64,000 bases of DNA, from positions 68,913-132,912 of the forward strand of contig JBGSYF010000017.1 in NCBI GenBank assembly GCA_041751015.1, written 5' to 3'. The translations under genes and the position numbers were made by a program. Every line of letters begins with the position of its first letter. Positions within the stretch are counted from its first letter, which is position 1. This DNA is from Chitinophagales bacterium (GTDB lineage: Bacteria > Bacteroidota > Bacteroidia > Chitinophagales > BACL12). The notes beneath the pieces were generated by a model. The model ran no database searches. It saw nothing but the letters and a program-made list of their open reading frames with translations, and was not told where the DNA came from. Below, piece after piece: positions 45,454 to 55,683 of the stretch.

Positions 45454-47040
45454 TTAAGCGATTTTCTGGTAGCGTGTGGACATTTCCTTAGCCACCTTCT
45501 CCAACACCCCGGTGAGCTCATCGTTGAACTGCCCGGAGGCGAGATCCTTGATGACTTGTGGGTGATGGGTGTCCATATGGGTGAGGAAGTGAGCTTCGAA
45601 CTCGCGGATCTTGTCCACGGGAACTGCGCGGAGCAGGCCCTTGGTACCCAGGTAGATGATGGCGATCTGGCGGCCCACAGAGACCGGCTGGAATTCGCCC
45701 TGCTTGAGGATCTCCACGTTGCGCTTGCCCTTCTCCAGAACCGACATCGTCGCCGGATCCAGGTCGGAGCCAAACTTGGCAAAAGCTTCAAGTTCCCGGT
45801 ACTGAGCCTGGTCGAGCTTGAGGGTACCTGCCACCTTCTTCATGGACTTCACCTGGGCATTACCCCCTACCCGGCTCACAGAGATACCCACGTTGATGGC
45901 GGGGCGAACTCCGGAGTTGAACAGGTTGCTCTCCAAAAAGATCTGCCCATCGGTAATGGAGATGACGTTGGTGGGAATGTAGGCTGAAACGTCCCCGGCC
46001 TGGGTTTCAATGATGGGAAGGGCCGTCAGTGATCCACCCCCTTTGACCAGGTGCTTGATGCTGGCCGGAAGATCGTTCATCTGCGCGGCGATGCCGTCGT
46101 TGTTGATGATCTTGGCGGCGCGCTCCAGCAAACGGGAGTGCAGGTAGAACACATCACCGGGGTAGGCTTCGCGTCCGGGAGGTCGGCGCAACAAGAGCGA
46201 CACTTCGCGGTAGGAAACCGCCTGCTTGCTCAGATCGTCGTAGATGATCAGAGCAGGACGGCCGGTATCGCGGAAGAACTCGCCGATGGCGGCACCGGCA
46301 AAAGGTGCGTAAAACTGCAGGGGAGCCGGATCGGAGGCCGAAGCGGCCACCACCACCGTATAGGGAAGGGCGCCATAGCGCTCCAGGGTCTTGCTGACCC
46401 GGGCCACGGTGGAGTTCTTCTGGCCAATGGCCACGTAGATGCAAAAGACCGGCTCGCCGCGGTCGTAGAATTCCTTCTGGTTGATGATGGTGTCAATGGC
46501 AATAGCCGACTTGCCCGTCTGGCGGTCACCGATGATCAACTCCCGCTGTCCGCGCCCGATGGGAATCATGGCGTCAATAGCCTTGATGCCCGTCTGCAGC
46601 GGCTCGTTCACCGGCTGCCGATAGATCACACCGGGGGCTTTGCGCTCCAGGGGCATCTCATAGAGCTCGCCTTTGAGCGGACCCTTGCCGTCAATGGGCT
46701 CGCCCAGGGTGTTGACCACGCGGCCCAACATACCTTCGCCCACATTGATGGAGGCGATGATGCCCGTGCGCTTGACCACATTGCCTTCCTTGATTTCGTC
46801 GGAAGGGCCCATGAGCACCACCCCGACATTGTCCTCTTCCAGGTTGAGCACGATAGCGCGCACACCGTTCTCAAACTCGACCAGTTCCCCGGCCTTGGCG
46901 TTGGTCAACCCGTAGATGCGGGCGATACCGTCCCCCACCTGGAGAACCGTTCCCACTTCTTCGAGCTCGGCGGCGGACTGAAAATTGGAGAGCTGCTGCC
47001 TTAAGATGGCAGAGATTTCATCGGGCTTTACTTCAACCAT
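45454..47040 (-). CDS. atpA: F1 ATP synthase alpha subunit
   Basis: Walker [45 protein letters not shown]. Confidence 0.97.
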   Translation of the reverse strand: MVEVKPDEISAILRQQLSNFQSAAELEEVGTVLQVGDGIARIYGLTNAKAGELVEFENGVRAIVLNLEEDNVGVVLMGPSDEIKEGNVVKRTGIIASINVGEGMLGRVVNTLGEPIDGKGPLKGELYEMPLERKAPGVIYRQPVNEPLQTGIKAIDAMIPIGRGQRELIIGDRQTGKSAIAIDTIINQKEFYDRGEPVFCIYVAIGQKNSTVARVSKTLERYGALPYTVVVAASASDPAPLQFYAPFAGAAIGEFFRDTGRPALIIYDDLSKQAVSYREVSLLLRRPPGREAYPGDVFYLHSRLLERAAKIINNDGIAAQMNDLPASIKHLVKGGGSLTALPIIETQAGDVSAYIPTNVISITDGQIFLESNLFNSGVRPAINVGISVSRVGGNAQVKSMKKVAGTLKLDQAQYRELEAFAKFGSDLDPATMSVLEKGKRNVEILKQGEFQPVSVGRQIAIIYLGTKGLLRAVPVDKIREFEAHFLTHMDTHHPQVIKDLASGQFNDELTGVLEKVAKEMSTRYQKIA

Positions 47041-47125
47041 GACTTGGTGTTTTCAAAATGCAACGTATGGGAATCGAGGGCGGGATATCGCCGATGCAGC
47101 CCTGGGGCCGCCCGGCGCAAATGGA

Positions 47126-47683
47126 TTAGTATTTCTTGACGTAGGTGTTCTGCTCAAACTCTTTGCGCAGCTTTTTCAGGTTGCGAACCACGGAGGCATC
47201 GTATTGCTTGTCGCCGTAGCGGATCAGGTAACCCCCGATCAGTTCAGGATCAACCTCAGCCTCCAGCTCAATCGTGGCTTCGGCTGAATCGCGCAGACTC
47301 TCGGCAATCTTTTGCTGAAGATCGGCTTCAAAGGGAATGGCCGTGGTGATCCTGACCGACTTGATGTTCTTCTTCTCGTTGTAGCGCTCCAGAAACACCT
47401 CGCTGATGTCAAACAGGTACTCTTCGCGGTGCTTGCGAACCAGAATCTCAATGAAATTCATCAAAATCGGGTCGAGCCGCCCTTCGAACACCTTCTGCAA
47501 AATCGGCATCTTCTTTGAGGGGTGAATGATGGGGCTGCGCAGCAGCATCCGCAAGTCTTTGTGCTCGCTGATGATGGCGTTGAGTTTGCGCATATCCGTC
47601 ATAACCGTTTCGAGCTGACCCTGTTCCAGGGCCAGGTCCATCACGGCTTTGGCGTAGCGGGTCGAAAGGCGTATTGAGGACAT
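47126..47683 (-). CDS. atpH: F1 ATP synthase delta (OSCP) subunit
   Basis: MSSIRLSTRYAKAVMDLALEQG, ~185 aa, positioned between atpF and atpA. Start at ATG 47683, which avoids overlapping atpF. Confidence 0.85.
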   Translation of the reverse strand: MSSIRLSTRYAKAVMDLALEQGQLETVMTDMRKLNAIISEHKDLRMLLRSPIIHPSKKMPILQKVFEGRLDPILMNFIEILVRKHREEYLFDISEVFLERYNEKKNIKSVRITTAIPFEADLQQKIAESLRDSAEATIELEAEVDPELIGGYLIRYGDKQYDASVVRNLKKLRKEFEQNTYVKKY

Positions 47684-47690
47684 GCCGGCT

Positions 47691-48206
47691 TTAGTTCTGT
47701 TTGAATTCCTGCAACAGGCTGCCGACATAGGCCTCCTGATCTGAGCGGCTTCCCAATTCGCGGCGCAAAACCTTTTCGGCGATGTCCAAGGCCATGTTAC
47801 CGGCCTTGTTCTTCACGTCAATCAGGGCCGCCATCTTCTGGTTGTTGATCTCCTCGGCGGCGCTGGCCACAATGCGGTCCGCTTCGGTCTTGGCCCGGTC
47901 GCGTGCCTCGTCAATCAGATTGGTCGCGGTCAGACGGGCCTCCTGCACAATGCGGGCGCGCTCCTCGGTGGCTTCCACCAGCATGCGCTGGTGATCGCTC
48001 TGCAGGGCGGCCATCTCCTCGCGGGCCTTCTCGGCCAGCTTCAGGCTGAGCGCAATGGCATCGGCGCGTTCGCGCAGTGATTTATTGATGGGCCCAAAGG
48101 CGAATTTGCCCAGGATGAACCACAGCAACACAAAGGTGAGCATGGTCCAGAAAAACAGACCGAAGTCCGGGGTAATAAGGCTAAAAGCGTTGGCTAAGAT
48201 GGCCAT
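47691..48206 (-). CDS. atpF: F0 ATP synthase subunit b
   Basis: One N-terminal TM segment (LFFWTMLTFVLLWFILGKFAF) followed by a long charged helix, in the expected operon position. Confidence 0.85.
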   Translation of the reverse strand: MAILANAFSLITPDFGLFFWTMLTFVLLWFILGKFAFGPINKSLRERADAIALSLKLAEKAREEMAALQSDHQRMLVEATEERARIVQEARLTATNLIDEARDRAKTEADRIVASAAEEINNQKMAALIDVKNKAGNMALDIAEKVLRRELGSRSDQEAYVGSLLQEFKQN

Positions 48207-48246
48207 GATCGGATGAGTTTCCTTTACTTTCTAGGGAATGGAGGGC

Positions 48247-48294
48247 AAAAAAGGGGAAGGTGCACCCGGCCAAACGCCGGGAAGCCCCTTCCCC
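48247..48294 (-). terminator. stem-loop plus T6 between atpE and atpF (attenuator/processing signal candidate)
   Basis: On the minus strand, GGGGAAGG...(inner CCCGGC-GTTTG-GCCGGG)...CCTTCCCC followed by TTTTTT, 10 nt after the atpE stop. Confidence 0.55.
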
Positions 48295-48304
48295 CGAAAC
48301 AATG

Positions 48305-48547
48305 CTATCCGCCAGCCTGCAGCAGAGCCACCACCACGGCAAAGAGGGCTACCCCCTCGATGAGGGCTGCGGTGATGATCATGTTGGTGCGGATCATGCC
48401 TTCGGCCTCGGGCTGACGGGCAAGTGCCTCAACGGCGCTGCCGCCAATACGGCCGATGCCGAGTCCGGCACCGATAGCTGCGAGACCGCCGCCAAGGGCA
48501 CCAATGCCATTGAGCGAGTCCAGCATAAGAACGGTCAAAAGGTCCAT
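48305..48547 (-). CDS. atpE: F0 ATP synthase subunit c
   Basis: 80 aa: MDLLTVLMLDSLNGIGALGGGLAAIGAGLGIGRIGGSAVEALARQPEAEGMIRTNMIITAALIEGVALFAVVVALL (GxGxGxG helix 1, RQPE loop, essential Glu in IEGVALF). The 154-aa track ORF is an upstream read-through. Confidence 0.9.
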   Translation of the reverse strand: MDLLTVLMLDSLNGIGALGGGLAAIGAGLGIGRIGGSAVEALARQPEAEGMIRTNMIITAALIEGVALFAVVVALLQAGG

Positions 48548-48584
48548 AACAGGAAGTTTAGTGAAACCGTAAACAATGCGTTGA

Positions 48585-49865
48585 TCAGTAGTGCTCGCTG
48601 TGGTCTTCAACCGCCATGCCGATGAACAGAGCCGAGAGCATGGTAAAGATGAAGGCCTGCAGAAAGGCCACGAGTAGTTCGATGAGACCCATGAACAGCA
48701 CGAAGGGCACAGCCACCGCTGCGCCACCCAGGCTGCCCGGGATGCTTTGACCCAGATTGCCAAAGACAAAGATCAATGCCGTGAGGCTCAGCACGATGAT
48801 GTGTCCTGCCGTGATGTTGGCAAAGAGACGAATCATCAGGGCGAAAGGCTTGGTGAAGATGCCAAAGATCTCAATGGGAATGAGAATGGGCTTGACAAAA
48901 GCCGGGGTGCCCGGAGCGGTCAGGTTGTGATACCAGTAAGAACGGGTGCCGTTCAGGTTGGTCAGGATGAAGGTGAGCAGGGCCAGGGCCAGCGTGACCG
49001 TGATATTGCCCGTCAGGTTGGGATTGCTGATGAAGGGGAGTTGCCCGATCATGTTGCCGATCCAGATGAAGAAGAACACCGTCATCAAAAAAGGCAGAAA
49101 GCGGTCGGCATTCTTGCCCAGATTGGGAATGGCGATGTCCTCGCGCACAAAGCTGATGAGCGGCTCTATGAAAGCCTGCAAACCCCGCGGCTCCATGCCT
49201 GCCCGGCGTCGGTACGCCGCCGCAACGCTCATGAAGATCCAGATCATGATCACGGCCACCAGAAACAGCGCCGCGACATTCTTGGTAATGCTAAAGTCAA
49301 ACCAGGCGTACTTAAACCCGTCCCGCACCAGATCGTGGCGACCGGCGTGGTACACCGTTCCTTCGTAGCACAATAGGGCTTTGCCCGTTTCCCCGTCGCT
49401 CATGAAATGACCGCCGTTGTCCAGGTCCACTGTACCCGCGGGAAATCCGGACTCTTCCACCCGCATCAGACGGCCGTGATTCATGATGAAGCCGTCATGC
49501 GCGCGATGCCCGCCCGCCAGCTTACTGCTCATGAACACCTTGAGACCCTCTCCTTTTACATAGGCAATACAGGGAAGGGGTATGGTGCCCCCGTGAAAGA
49601 TCTCCCACTCATTCGCATCGGCGATGTGGTGCAAAATCATCGGGGTGGGGTCGTAACCGTCCTCCGAAGCGTGATCATCGTGGTGCTCGTCGTGCTGCGC
49701 ACAGGGATCGCCATGAGCCCCTGCCTGCTCCGCCGCCATCAGCTCGGTCTGGGCGCCAAAAAATACAGCTAATAAGCTGAAAATCAATAACTTAACTGAG
49801 GTGAATGGGCTTGCTGGCTGGCTCAACGAAGGGGCGCTTTTTTTTGCCGCTGCAAAGGTAGCCAT
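48585..49865 (-). CDS. atpB: F0 ATP synthase subunit a (Bacteroidota long form)
   Basis: C-terminal ALMIRLFANITAGHIIVLSL (essential Arg) and a long N-terminal extension with HHIADANEWEIF. Start at ATG 49865. Confidence 0.85.
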   Translation of the reverse strand: MATFAAAKKSAPSLSQPASPFTSVKLLIFSLLAVFFGAQTELMAAEQAGAHGDPCAQHDEHHDDHASEDGYDPTPMILHHIADANEWEIFHGGTIPLPCIAYVKGEGLKVFMSSKLAGGHRAHDGFIMNHGRLMRVEESGFPAGTVDLDNGGHFMSDGETGKALLCYEGTVYHAGRHDLVRDGFKYAWFDFSITKNVAALFLVAVIMIWIFMSVAAAYRRRAGMEPRGLQAFIEPLISFVREDIAIPNLGKNADRFLPFLMTVFFFIWIGNMIGQLPFISNPNLTGNITVTLALALLTFILTNLNGTRSYWYHNLTAPGTPAFVKPILIPIEIFGIFTKPFALMIRLFANITAGHIIVLSLTALIFVFGNLGQSIPGSLGGAAVAVPFVLFMGLIELLVAFLQAFIFTMLSALFIGMAVEDHSEHY

Positions 49866-49922
49866 ACAAGGGGGTATTACCAACAAATGGCGGCTGAATT
49901 GAGCCGAAACCCTTCGAAGTGA

Positions 49923-51047
49923 TCAGTAGTCAATCACCTGCTCCTCCATCAATTCGGGCATGGCCCTGAACTCGTACTGCTGATTGCGCAGACGGGGCTC
50001 AAAGCCGGCTTCCCTTATAGCCTCCTGTATGCTGCGCGAAGTGAAGCGATGCGGCGCGCCGGCAGCAGAGACCACGTTCTCCTCGATCATGATGGAGCCA
50101 AAATCATTGGCTCCGGCGTGGAGACATGCCTGAGCCACCGCCTTTCCAACCGTGAGCCAGGAGGCCTGGATGTTCTCTACATTGGGCAGGAACATTCGGC
50201 TCAGCGCTATCATGCGGATGTACTCCTCTCCGGTGGTGTCGTTCTTGGCTCTGCGAATGCGCTTCAGCGTGGTATCCACATCCTGAAAGGTCCAGGGTAT
50301 GAACGCGATGAAACCCCTGGCCCCGGCCGGTTTCTCGGACTGCACCTGGCGCAGTTTCTCCAGATGCTCAAAGCGCTCCTCCAGCGTTTCAATATGGCCA
50401 AACATCATGGTTGCCGAAGTGGTAATGTCGAGCTGATGAGCGGTGCGCATCACCTCAAGCCATTCCTGGCTGTTGCATTTTCCGGTGGAAATCACCGCTC
50501 TAACCCTATCCACCAGTATCTCCGCACCCGGACCGGGCAGGCTGTCCATGCCCGCATCGCGCAGGGTGCGCAGGACGTGTTCGTGCGTGTGCCCCCCAAG
50601 CTCCGCAATGTGGTGAATCTCCGGCGGGCCAAGCGCGTGCAACTTCACATTGGGAAAATCCTCTTTGATCTGACTAAAGATGCCCGCGTAGAACTCCAGG
50701 CCCAGCTCGGGGTGATGTCCGCCCTGAAGCAACAATTGCTCCCCACCATATCGAATGGTCTCGGCAATCTTGCGCCGATAGGTTTCGCGGTCGGTGATGT
50801 AGGCCTCCGGATGACCGGGCACGCGGAAGAAATTGCAAAACTTGCAATTGGCCACGCAGACATTGGTGGTGTTCAGGTTGCGGTCTATGATCCAGGTAAC
50901 CGCATTGCCGGGCTTTTTCTGCATGCGAATGCGGTTGGCCACATGCATCAGTTCGGCGGTTGGCGCATGGTCAAAGAGAAAAACACCTTCTTCCACACTC
51001 AGCCATTCTCCGGCCAATGCCTTGGTGTACAACGTGTTGAGTTTCAT
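49923..51047 (-). CDS. radical SAM enzyme of the CofH/MqnC/MqnE family (futalosine-route menaquinone biosynthesis likely)
   Basis: NTTNVCVANCKFCNFFR (CxxxCxxC cluster). ~374 aa from ATG 51047 (MKLNTLYTKAL). C-terminal GANDFGSIMIEENVVSAAG. Confidence 0.75.
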   Translation of the reverse strand: MKLNTLYTKALAGEWLSVEEGVFLFDHAPTAELMHVANRIRMQKKPGNAVTWIIDRNLNTTNVCVANCKFCNFFRVPGHPEAYITDRETYRRKIAETIRYGGEQLLLQGGHHPELGLEFYAGIFSQIKEDFPNVKLHALGPPEIHHIAELGGHTHEHVLRTLRDAGMDSLPGPGAEILVDRVRAVISTGKCNSQEWLEVMRTAHQLDITTSATMMFGHIETLEERFEHLEKLRQVQSEKPAGARGFIAFIPWTFQDVDTTLKRIRRAKNDTTGEEYIRMIALSRMFLPNVENIQASWLTVGKAVAQACLHAGANDFGSIMIEENVVSAAGAPHRFTSRSIQEAIREAGFEPRLRNQQYEFRAMPELMEEQVIDY

Positions 51048-51289
51048 AGCATGCTTGGGCTTACCTTTGGCGATACGGGGCAAATTTACGCCCGCAACAC
51101 GGCTCTGTCGGGCCAAAGTGCGCAGTTCTTTTGCTGAGCATCGCTTTCGCGGGCTTTTAAAAAAGGCAGGTTTCGGTGCGAAAAGGAGCGAGACATCGAA
51201 GCGGCTTTAGGCCGAAGCACCCAAGCCCTTCGACCCGTCAAAGACCCCATTTGAAAACGTAAACAGGAGTGTAGCCGAATCGTTCAATC

Positions 51290-52540
51290 ATGATTTCCTA
51301 TCACCATCACACCCTGGCCAATGGCCTGAAAATTCTGGTTCACGAAGACCCGAGCAGCCCGATGGCCGCCGTCAACTTGCTCTACGATGTCGGAGCCCGC
51401 GACGAAGATCCAGGCCGGACCGGATTTGCCCACCTCTTTGAGCATTTGATGTTCGGAGGCTCTGCCGGCGTGCCCGAATTTGACACGGTTCTGCAGCGCG
51501 CTGGAGGCAACAATAACGCCTACACCACCAATGATCTGACCAATTACTACGATGTCCTGCCCGCCGTGAATCTCGAGACGGCCTTATGGCTCGAAGCCGA
51601 CCGGATGAACCTGCTCGATTTCAGCGAGCGCTCGCTGGACGTTCAGCGAAAGGTGGTCTGCGAAGAGTTCAAAGAGCATTACATCAATCAGCCTTATGGC
51701 GATGTGTGGCACAAGTTGCGCGCGCTGGTCTATACCGTTCACCCCTACCGCTGGCCCACCATCGGTCTGGAGCTCAGCCATGTGGAAGAGGCCAGTCTGG
51801 ACGATGTGCGCAATTTCTTCTACCGCTTTTACCGCCCCAACAACGCAATTCTCGCCGTTGCCGGTGGTGTGAAGACTTCAGAAGTCATTGAACTGGCCGA
51901 GAAGTGGTTCGGGCAGATCGAACGGGGACCGGCCAACGAGCGCAAGCTCCCTGCCGAGCCCGTGCAGAGCAAGGCCCGCCATCTCATCGTTGAGGCCGAT
52001 GTGCCGGTGGACATGCTCTACCGCGCCTGGCCCATGTGCGATCGCAAGCACCCGGACTACTACGCCACCGACCTGCTCAGCGACATGCTTTCCGCGGGCG
52101 AATCGGGGCGTCTGCACCGCCGACTGGTGATGGAAAACGAGTTTTTCTCCGATCTGGAGGCCTACATCACCGCTTCCTTTGACGATGGTTTGTTTGTCAT
52201 CGAAGGCAAGTTTGCCGAAGGGGTTGACCGGGGCGAAGCAGAGGCCGCGCTCGAGGCCGAACTGGAGCTGGTCAGAACGCAATTCGTCTCCACCGAAGAG
52301 CTGGAAAAAGCCCGCAACCAGAGCGAAGCCTCTGAGGCCTTTGGCAACGTCAGCGTCCTGGGCAAGGCCATGAAACTGGCCTACTACGAACTGCTCGGCA
52401 ATGCCGCGCTGATCAACGAGGAGATTGAGCAGTACAGAAGGGTGAGCGCTGAAGACATTCAGCGGGTGGCTCGCGAGGTCCTTCGACCGGAGCGCTGCAG
52501 CACCTTGCACTACCTGTCCAAACAGGCCGTCCTGAGCTGA
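51290..52540 (+). CDS. M16 (pitrilysin/insulinase) family zinc peptidase, catalytic subunit
   Basis: Inverted zinc motif in GFAHLFEHLMFGGS (HxxEH). Confidence 0.85.
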   Translation: MISYHHHTLANGLKILVHEDPSSPMAAVNLLYDVGARDEDPGRTGFAHLFEHLMFGGSAGVPEFDTVLQRAGGNNNAYTTNDLTNYYDVLPAVNLETALWLEADRMNLLDFSERSLDVQRKVVCEEFKEHYINQPYGDVWHKLRALVYTVHPYRWPTIGLELSHVEEASLDDVRNFFYRFYRPNNAILAVAGGVKTSEVIELAEKWFGQIERGPANERKLPAEPVQSKARHLIVEADVPVDMLYRAWPMCDRKHPDYYATDLLSDMLSAGESGRLHRRLVMENEFFSDLEAYITASFDDGLFVIEGKFAEGVDRGEAEAALEAELELVRTQFVSTEELEKARNQSEASEAFGNVSVLGKAMKLAYYELLGNAALINEEIEQYRRVSAEDIQRVAREVLRPERCSTLHYLSKQAVLS

Positions 52541-52581
52541 TCCGCCCCGGAACTTTAAAATTGATGTTGCAACATTAAACT

Positions 52582-53877
52582 ATGGCCCTTCCCACTACTA
52601 TACCCCTGCTCAAGCCCGTTACCCAGGCACACTTTGTCTATCCCGAAAGGCAGGAGCTGAGCAATGGCATTGCTTTATACACTTTGGATGGAGCGGCCGA
52701 TGACATCATTCGCCTCGAGCTGGTCTTTCCGGCCGGACGGCGCTACGAGAGATCCTACGGGGTTTCGGCTGCCGCCGCCAAGCTGATGACCGAAGGCGCA
52801 GAGGGATACAGCGGCGCGGATATCGCCGGGACCATCGAGCGCTATGGGGCCAGCCTGAAAGTCAGGGGGGGGTTCGACTATACCTCCCTTCAACTCCACG
52901 GCCTGAATCGCTTCCTGCCGCAGATGTTGCCCGTACTTCAGGGTCTCATTTACCGCGCGAGCTACCCTGAAAAAGAATGCGCCAACTACATCAGAAACAA
53001 CCGTCAGAAGATCAGGATCCGAGAACAAAAAGTGGACTACCTGGCCGACAATGCCCTGCGCAAAGTCCTCTATGGTCCTGAGCATCCCTATGGCTATCAT
53101 ATGACGGGGGAAAGGTTTTCGGAACTGAGCCGGGAGCAGTTGCTGGAACACCACCGCCGAACGATTGCCGCCGCGCAGCCCTTTGTCATCGCCGCTGGTC
53201 GCATCGGTGATGAGCTGAACCCCTTTTTGGAGCAATTGCTCGGGCAGTCACCGCGAAGCGTGCTTCAACCCGTAAAGCATCCCGCGGCTCAAGCAGACAA
53301 GGTCCGCCTGATGCACCTGCACAAGGAAAACTCCGTGCAGAGTGCCATTCGATTTGCCAAGCCTATCATGGCCAAGAACCACCCGGACTATCAAGCCTTC
53401 TTTGTGCTCAATACCATCCTGGGCGGGTATTTCGGTTCGCGCCTGATGAGCAATATCCGCGAAGACAAGGGTTATACGTATGGCATCTACTCCGGAATCA
53501 CCCATCTGGATGAGGCCTCCTACTTCTACATCAGTTCCGAAGTTGGACTGCCCGTCTGCCAGGCGGCCATTGCCGAAGTCTATGCCGAGATGCAGCGACT
53601 CAGAGAGGAGCTGGTGAGCGAGGAGGAGTTGGAATTGGTGCGCAATTATCTGTTGGGCACCATTCTGGGCTCCATTGACGGGCCCTTCCGCAGTGCGGAC
53701 ACCGTGCGCGGCATTCTGCAGGGCGGACTTTCCATGGACTTTGTACAGGAATTGATCAATACCATTCGGGCCATTACACCCGTTCAATTGCAGGAGCTCG
53801 CCCAGCGCTATCTGGGTGTAGAAGACTTGTTTGAGGTCGTCGTCGGATGGCCCGAAGCCGAGGTCAGTCTGCTCTAA
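52582..53877 (+). CDS. M16 family peptidase-like protein, non-catalytic partner (no HxxEH)
   Basis: Same length and fold pattern as the upstream gene but lacking HxxEH, the typical paired arrangement. Confidence 0.75.
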   Translation: MALPTTIPLLKPVTQAHFVYPERQELSNGIALYTLDGAADDIIRLELVFPAGRRYERSYGVSAAAAKLMTEGAEGYSGADIAGTIERYGASLKVRGGFDYTSLQLHGLNRFLPQMLPVLQGLIYRASYPEKECANYIRNNRQKIRIREQKVDYLADNALRKVLYGPEHPYGYHMTGERFSELSREQLLEHHRRTIAAAQPFVIAAGRIGDELNPFLEQLLGQSPRSVLQPVKHPAAQADKVRLMHLHKENSVQSAIRFAKPIMAKNHPDYQAFFVLNTILGGYFGSRLMSNIREDKGYTYGIYSGITHLDEASYFYISSEVGLPVCQAAIAEVYAEMQRLREELVSEEELELVRNYLLGTILGSIDGPFRSADTVRGILQGGLSMDFVQELINTIRAITPVQLQELAQRYLGVEDLFEVVVGWPEAEVSLL

Positions 53878-53892
53878 ACGCTCGTGAACCCT

Positions 53893-55635
53893 ATGCGGAT
53901 TGGATGCCTGAACACAATCTTTTTGATAGCCAGCCTCAACGCTGTCGGGCAATCGCTTAGCCCTCCGCAATTGCTGTGCGCCACCAATGAACTCAGCGGT
54001 GATGTCAGCCTCGTTTGGTCCATTCCCGACAATCCCTGCGGACCATTTCTGGGTTATGAGATCTACGCCTCTGAACTCCGGGAAGGGCCTTATGCGCTTC
54101 TGGCCAGCATCGCTGCCGAGGCCACAACGGATTTTCTCCATTCGGGTGCCGGGGGGATCACGACAACCTGGTACTACTACATGGTACCCCAGTATGATTG
54201 CCCGGGATTTGATGCGCCGAGTTCAGACACCCTGGACAATCGCGATCCCGAACCTCCGGTGATTGACTTTGTCAGCGTGGAGAATGGCGCCGTTGAATTG
54301 AACTGGCTCCCGAGCCCTTCCCCGGAAACAACGGGCTATATCATCTACCGCCAGGTGCTGGGTTTCACACCGGTGGACACGGTTTATGGGCGCTTCAACA
54401 CCACTTACATTGATGTGACGGCAGCGGTTTCCGAGCAATCCGAGACCTACTCCATTGCGGCTGTAGATTCGTGCAGAACCCTGGGTTTGTTTGCCAACCC
54501 AGCGCACAATACGATTTTGTTACAAACGGTTCCCGATCCCTGCGGGTCGCTCAGGCTGGAATGGAATTTCTATGCCGAATGGCCTTCGGGTATTGCCAGC
54601 CATGAGATCCGGGTCTCGATCGACGATGGTCCCGAGACAACGGTTGAGTCGCTGGGCCCGGGAGTGAGAAGCTATGAGCTGGCGGTCAACGACACCGACT
54701 CGGTCTGCGTCCGCGTCAGAGCCCTGCGCGAGGACGGAGTTTTCTCCAACTCCAATCAGGTTTGCCGGGTGATCGCCAAGGTGCAGCCCTCTCGCTTTGT
54801 TTACCTGCGCAATGCCTCCATGGAGGGGGAACAAACCGCGAGGATTGAATGGTATGTCGATCCCACAGCAGATGCGGAAACCTGGAGGCTGGAGCGGGGC
54901 GAAAGTCCGGGACCCTGGACGGTAAGAGCCAGCGAGCCCCTGATCCCTCCGGTGCTGGACTTCATCACCTACCGCGATGAGCCGGTTCAGGCAGGGCGCT
55001 ACTACCGCGCTCAGACTCAGGACAGTTGCGGGGTCTTTGTCCCCTCTGAAGCCGGGCGCACGATCAGGTTGCGCGGAGAGGCAGGGTTTGGCCTGAGCAA
55101 TATGCTGACCTGGAACCCCTTTCTATTGCCCAACAGCACTATTGTTGGCTATGAAGTCTATCGGCTTGATGCGGGTTTATGGACCCTGATGGCCAGCCTT
55201 GGCCCAACGGCTCTGAGCTACTCGGATGATGTCTCCGGGCTCCTGGACGGAGATGGCATCTTCTGCTATCGTGTAGAGGCTATGTTTGATCTGGATCTGC
55301 CCGAGTTAAACGTGTTGGAGCGACTAGTCAGTCAGTCCAACGAAGTCTGTGTGGAACAGATCGGAAAGGTCTTTGTGCCCAACGCCATAGTACCCGGAGG
55401 CTCCAACCCGATCTTCAAACCGGTTATCCTCTTTGGTCAGGCGGACTCTTACACCCTTCAGGTCATCAGCCGCTATGGGGGTGTCGTCTTTGAATCCAAT
55501 GACCCGGAACGAGGCTGGGATGGAACGATCGATGGGCAAGCCGCACCAGGCGGCAGTTACGGTTACGTGTTGCGCTTCACTGCCGTCAACGGGCAGGACA
55601 TTGTCAAGAAGGGGAATGTGACGGTGGTGCGCTGA
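53893..55635 (+). CDS. secreted fibronectin-III-like repeat protein with T9SS type B C-terminal domain
   Basis: Signal peptide MRIGCLNTIFLIASLNAVGQS. Repeated L.W.....P..GY.IYR modules. Last ~85 aa VFVPNAIVPGGSNPIFKPV...ISRYGGVVFESNDPERGWDGTIDGQAAPGGSYGYVLRF...GNVTVVR. The track start is GTG 53884. Confidence 0.75.
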   Translation: MRIGCLNTIFLIASLNAVGQSLSPPQLLCATNELSGDVSLVWSIPDNPCGPFLGYEIYASELREGPYALLASIAAEATTDFLHSGAGGITTTWYYYMVPQYDCPGFDAPSSDTLDNRDPEPPVIDFVSVENGAVELNWLPSPSPETTGYIIYRQVLGFTPVDTVYGRFNTTYIDVTAAVSEQSETYSIAAVDSCRTLGLFANPAHNTILLQTVPDPCGSLRLEWNFYAEWPSGIASHEIRVSIDDGPETTVESLGPGVRSYELAVNDTDSVCVRVRALREDGVFSNSNQVCRVIAKVQPSRFVYLRNASMEGEQTARIEWYVDPTADAETWRLERGESPGPWTVRASEPLIPPVLDFITYRDEPVQAGRYYRAQTQDSCGVFVPSEAGRTIRLRGEAGFGLSNMLTWNPFLLPNSTIVGYEVYRLDAGLWTLMASLGPTALSYSDDVSGLLDGDGIFCYRVEAMFDLDLPELNVLERLVSQSNEVCVEQIGKVFVPNAIVPGGSNPIFKPVILFGQADSYTLQVISRYGGVVFESNDPERGWDGTIDGQAAPGGSYGYVLRFTAVNGQDIVKKGNVTVVR

Positions 55636-55683
55636 GTCCTGTATCCATCTTTTGCATGAGCTCCCGGCTTACGGCCGATTCCC

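Noticed and set aside
48548-48769. N-terminal 74 codons of the 154-aa track ORF containing atpE.
   Set aside because: c subunits are ~80 aa. The internal ATG at 48547 gives a complete two-helix c subunit, and the upstream part overlaps the 3' end of atpB.
44548-49865. ATP synthase operon lacks the beta and epsilon subunit genes (atpD, atpC).
   Set aside because: An atpBEFHAG cluster with atpDC elsewhere is the normal arrangement in Bacteroidota as far as I know, so it is not a deletion or anomaly.
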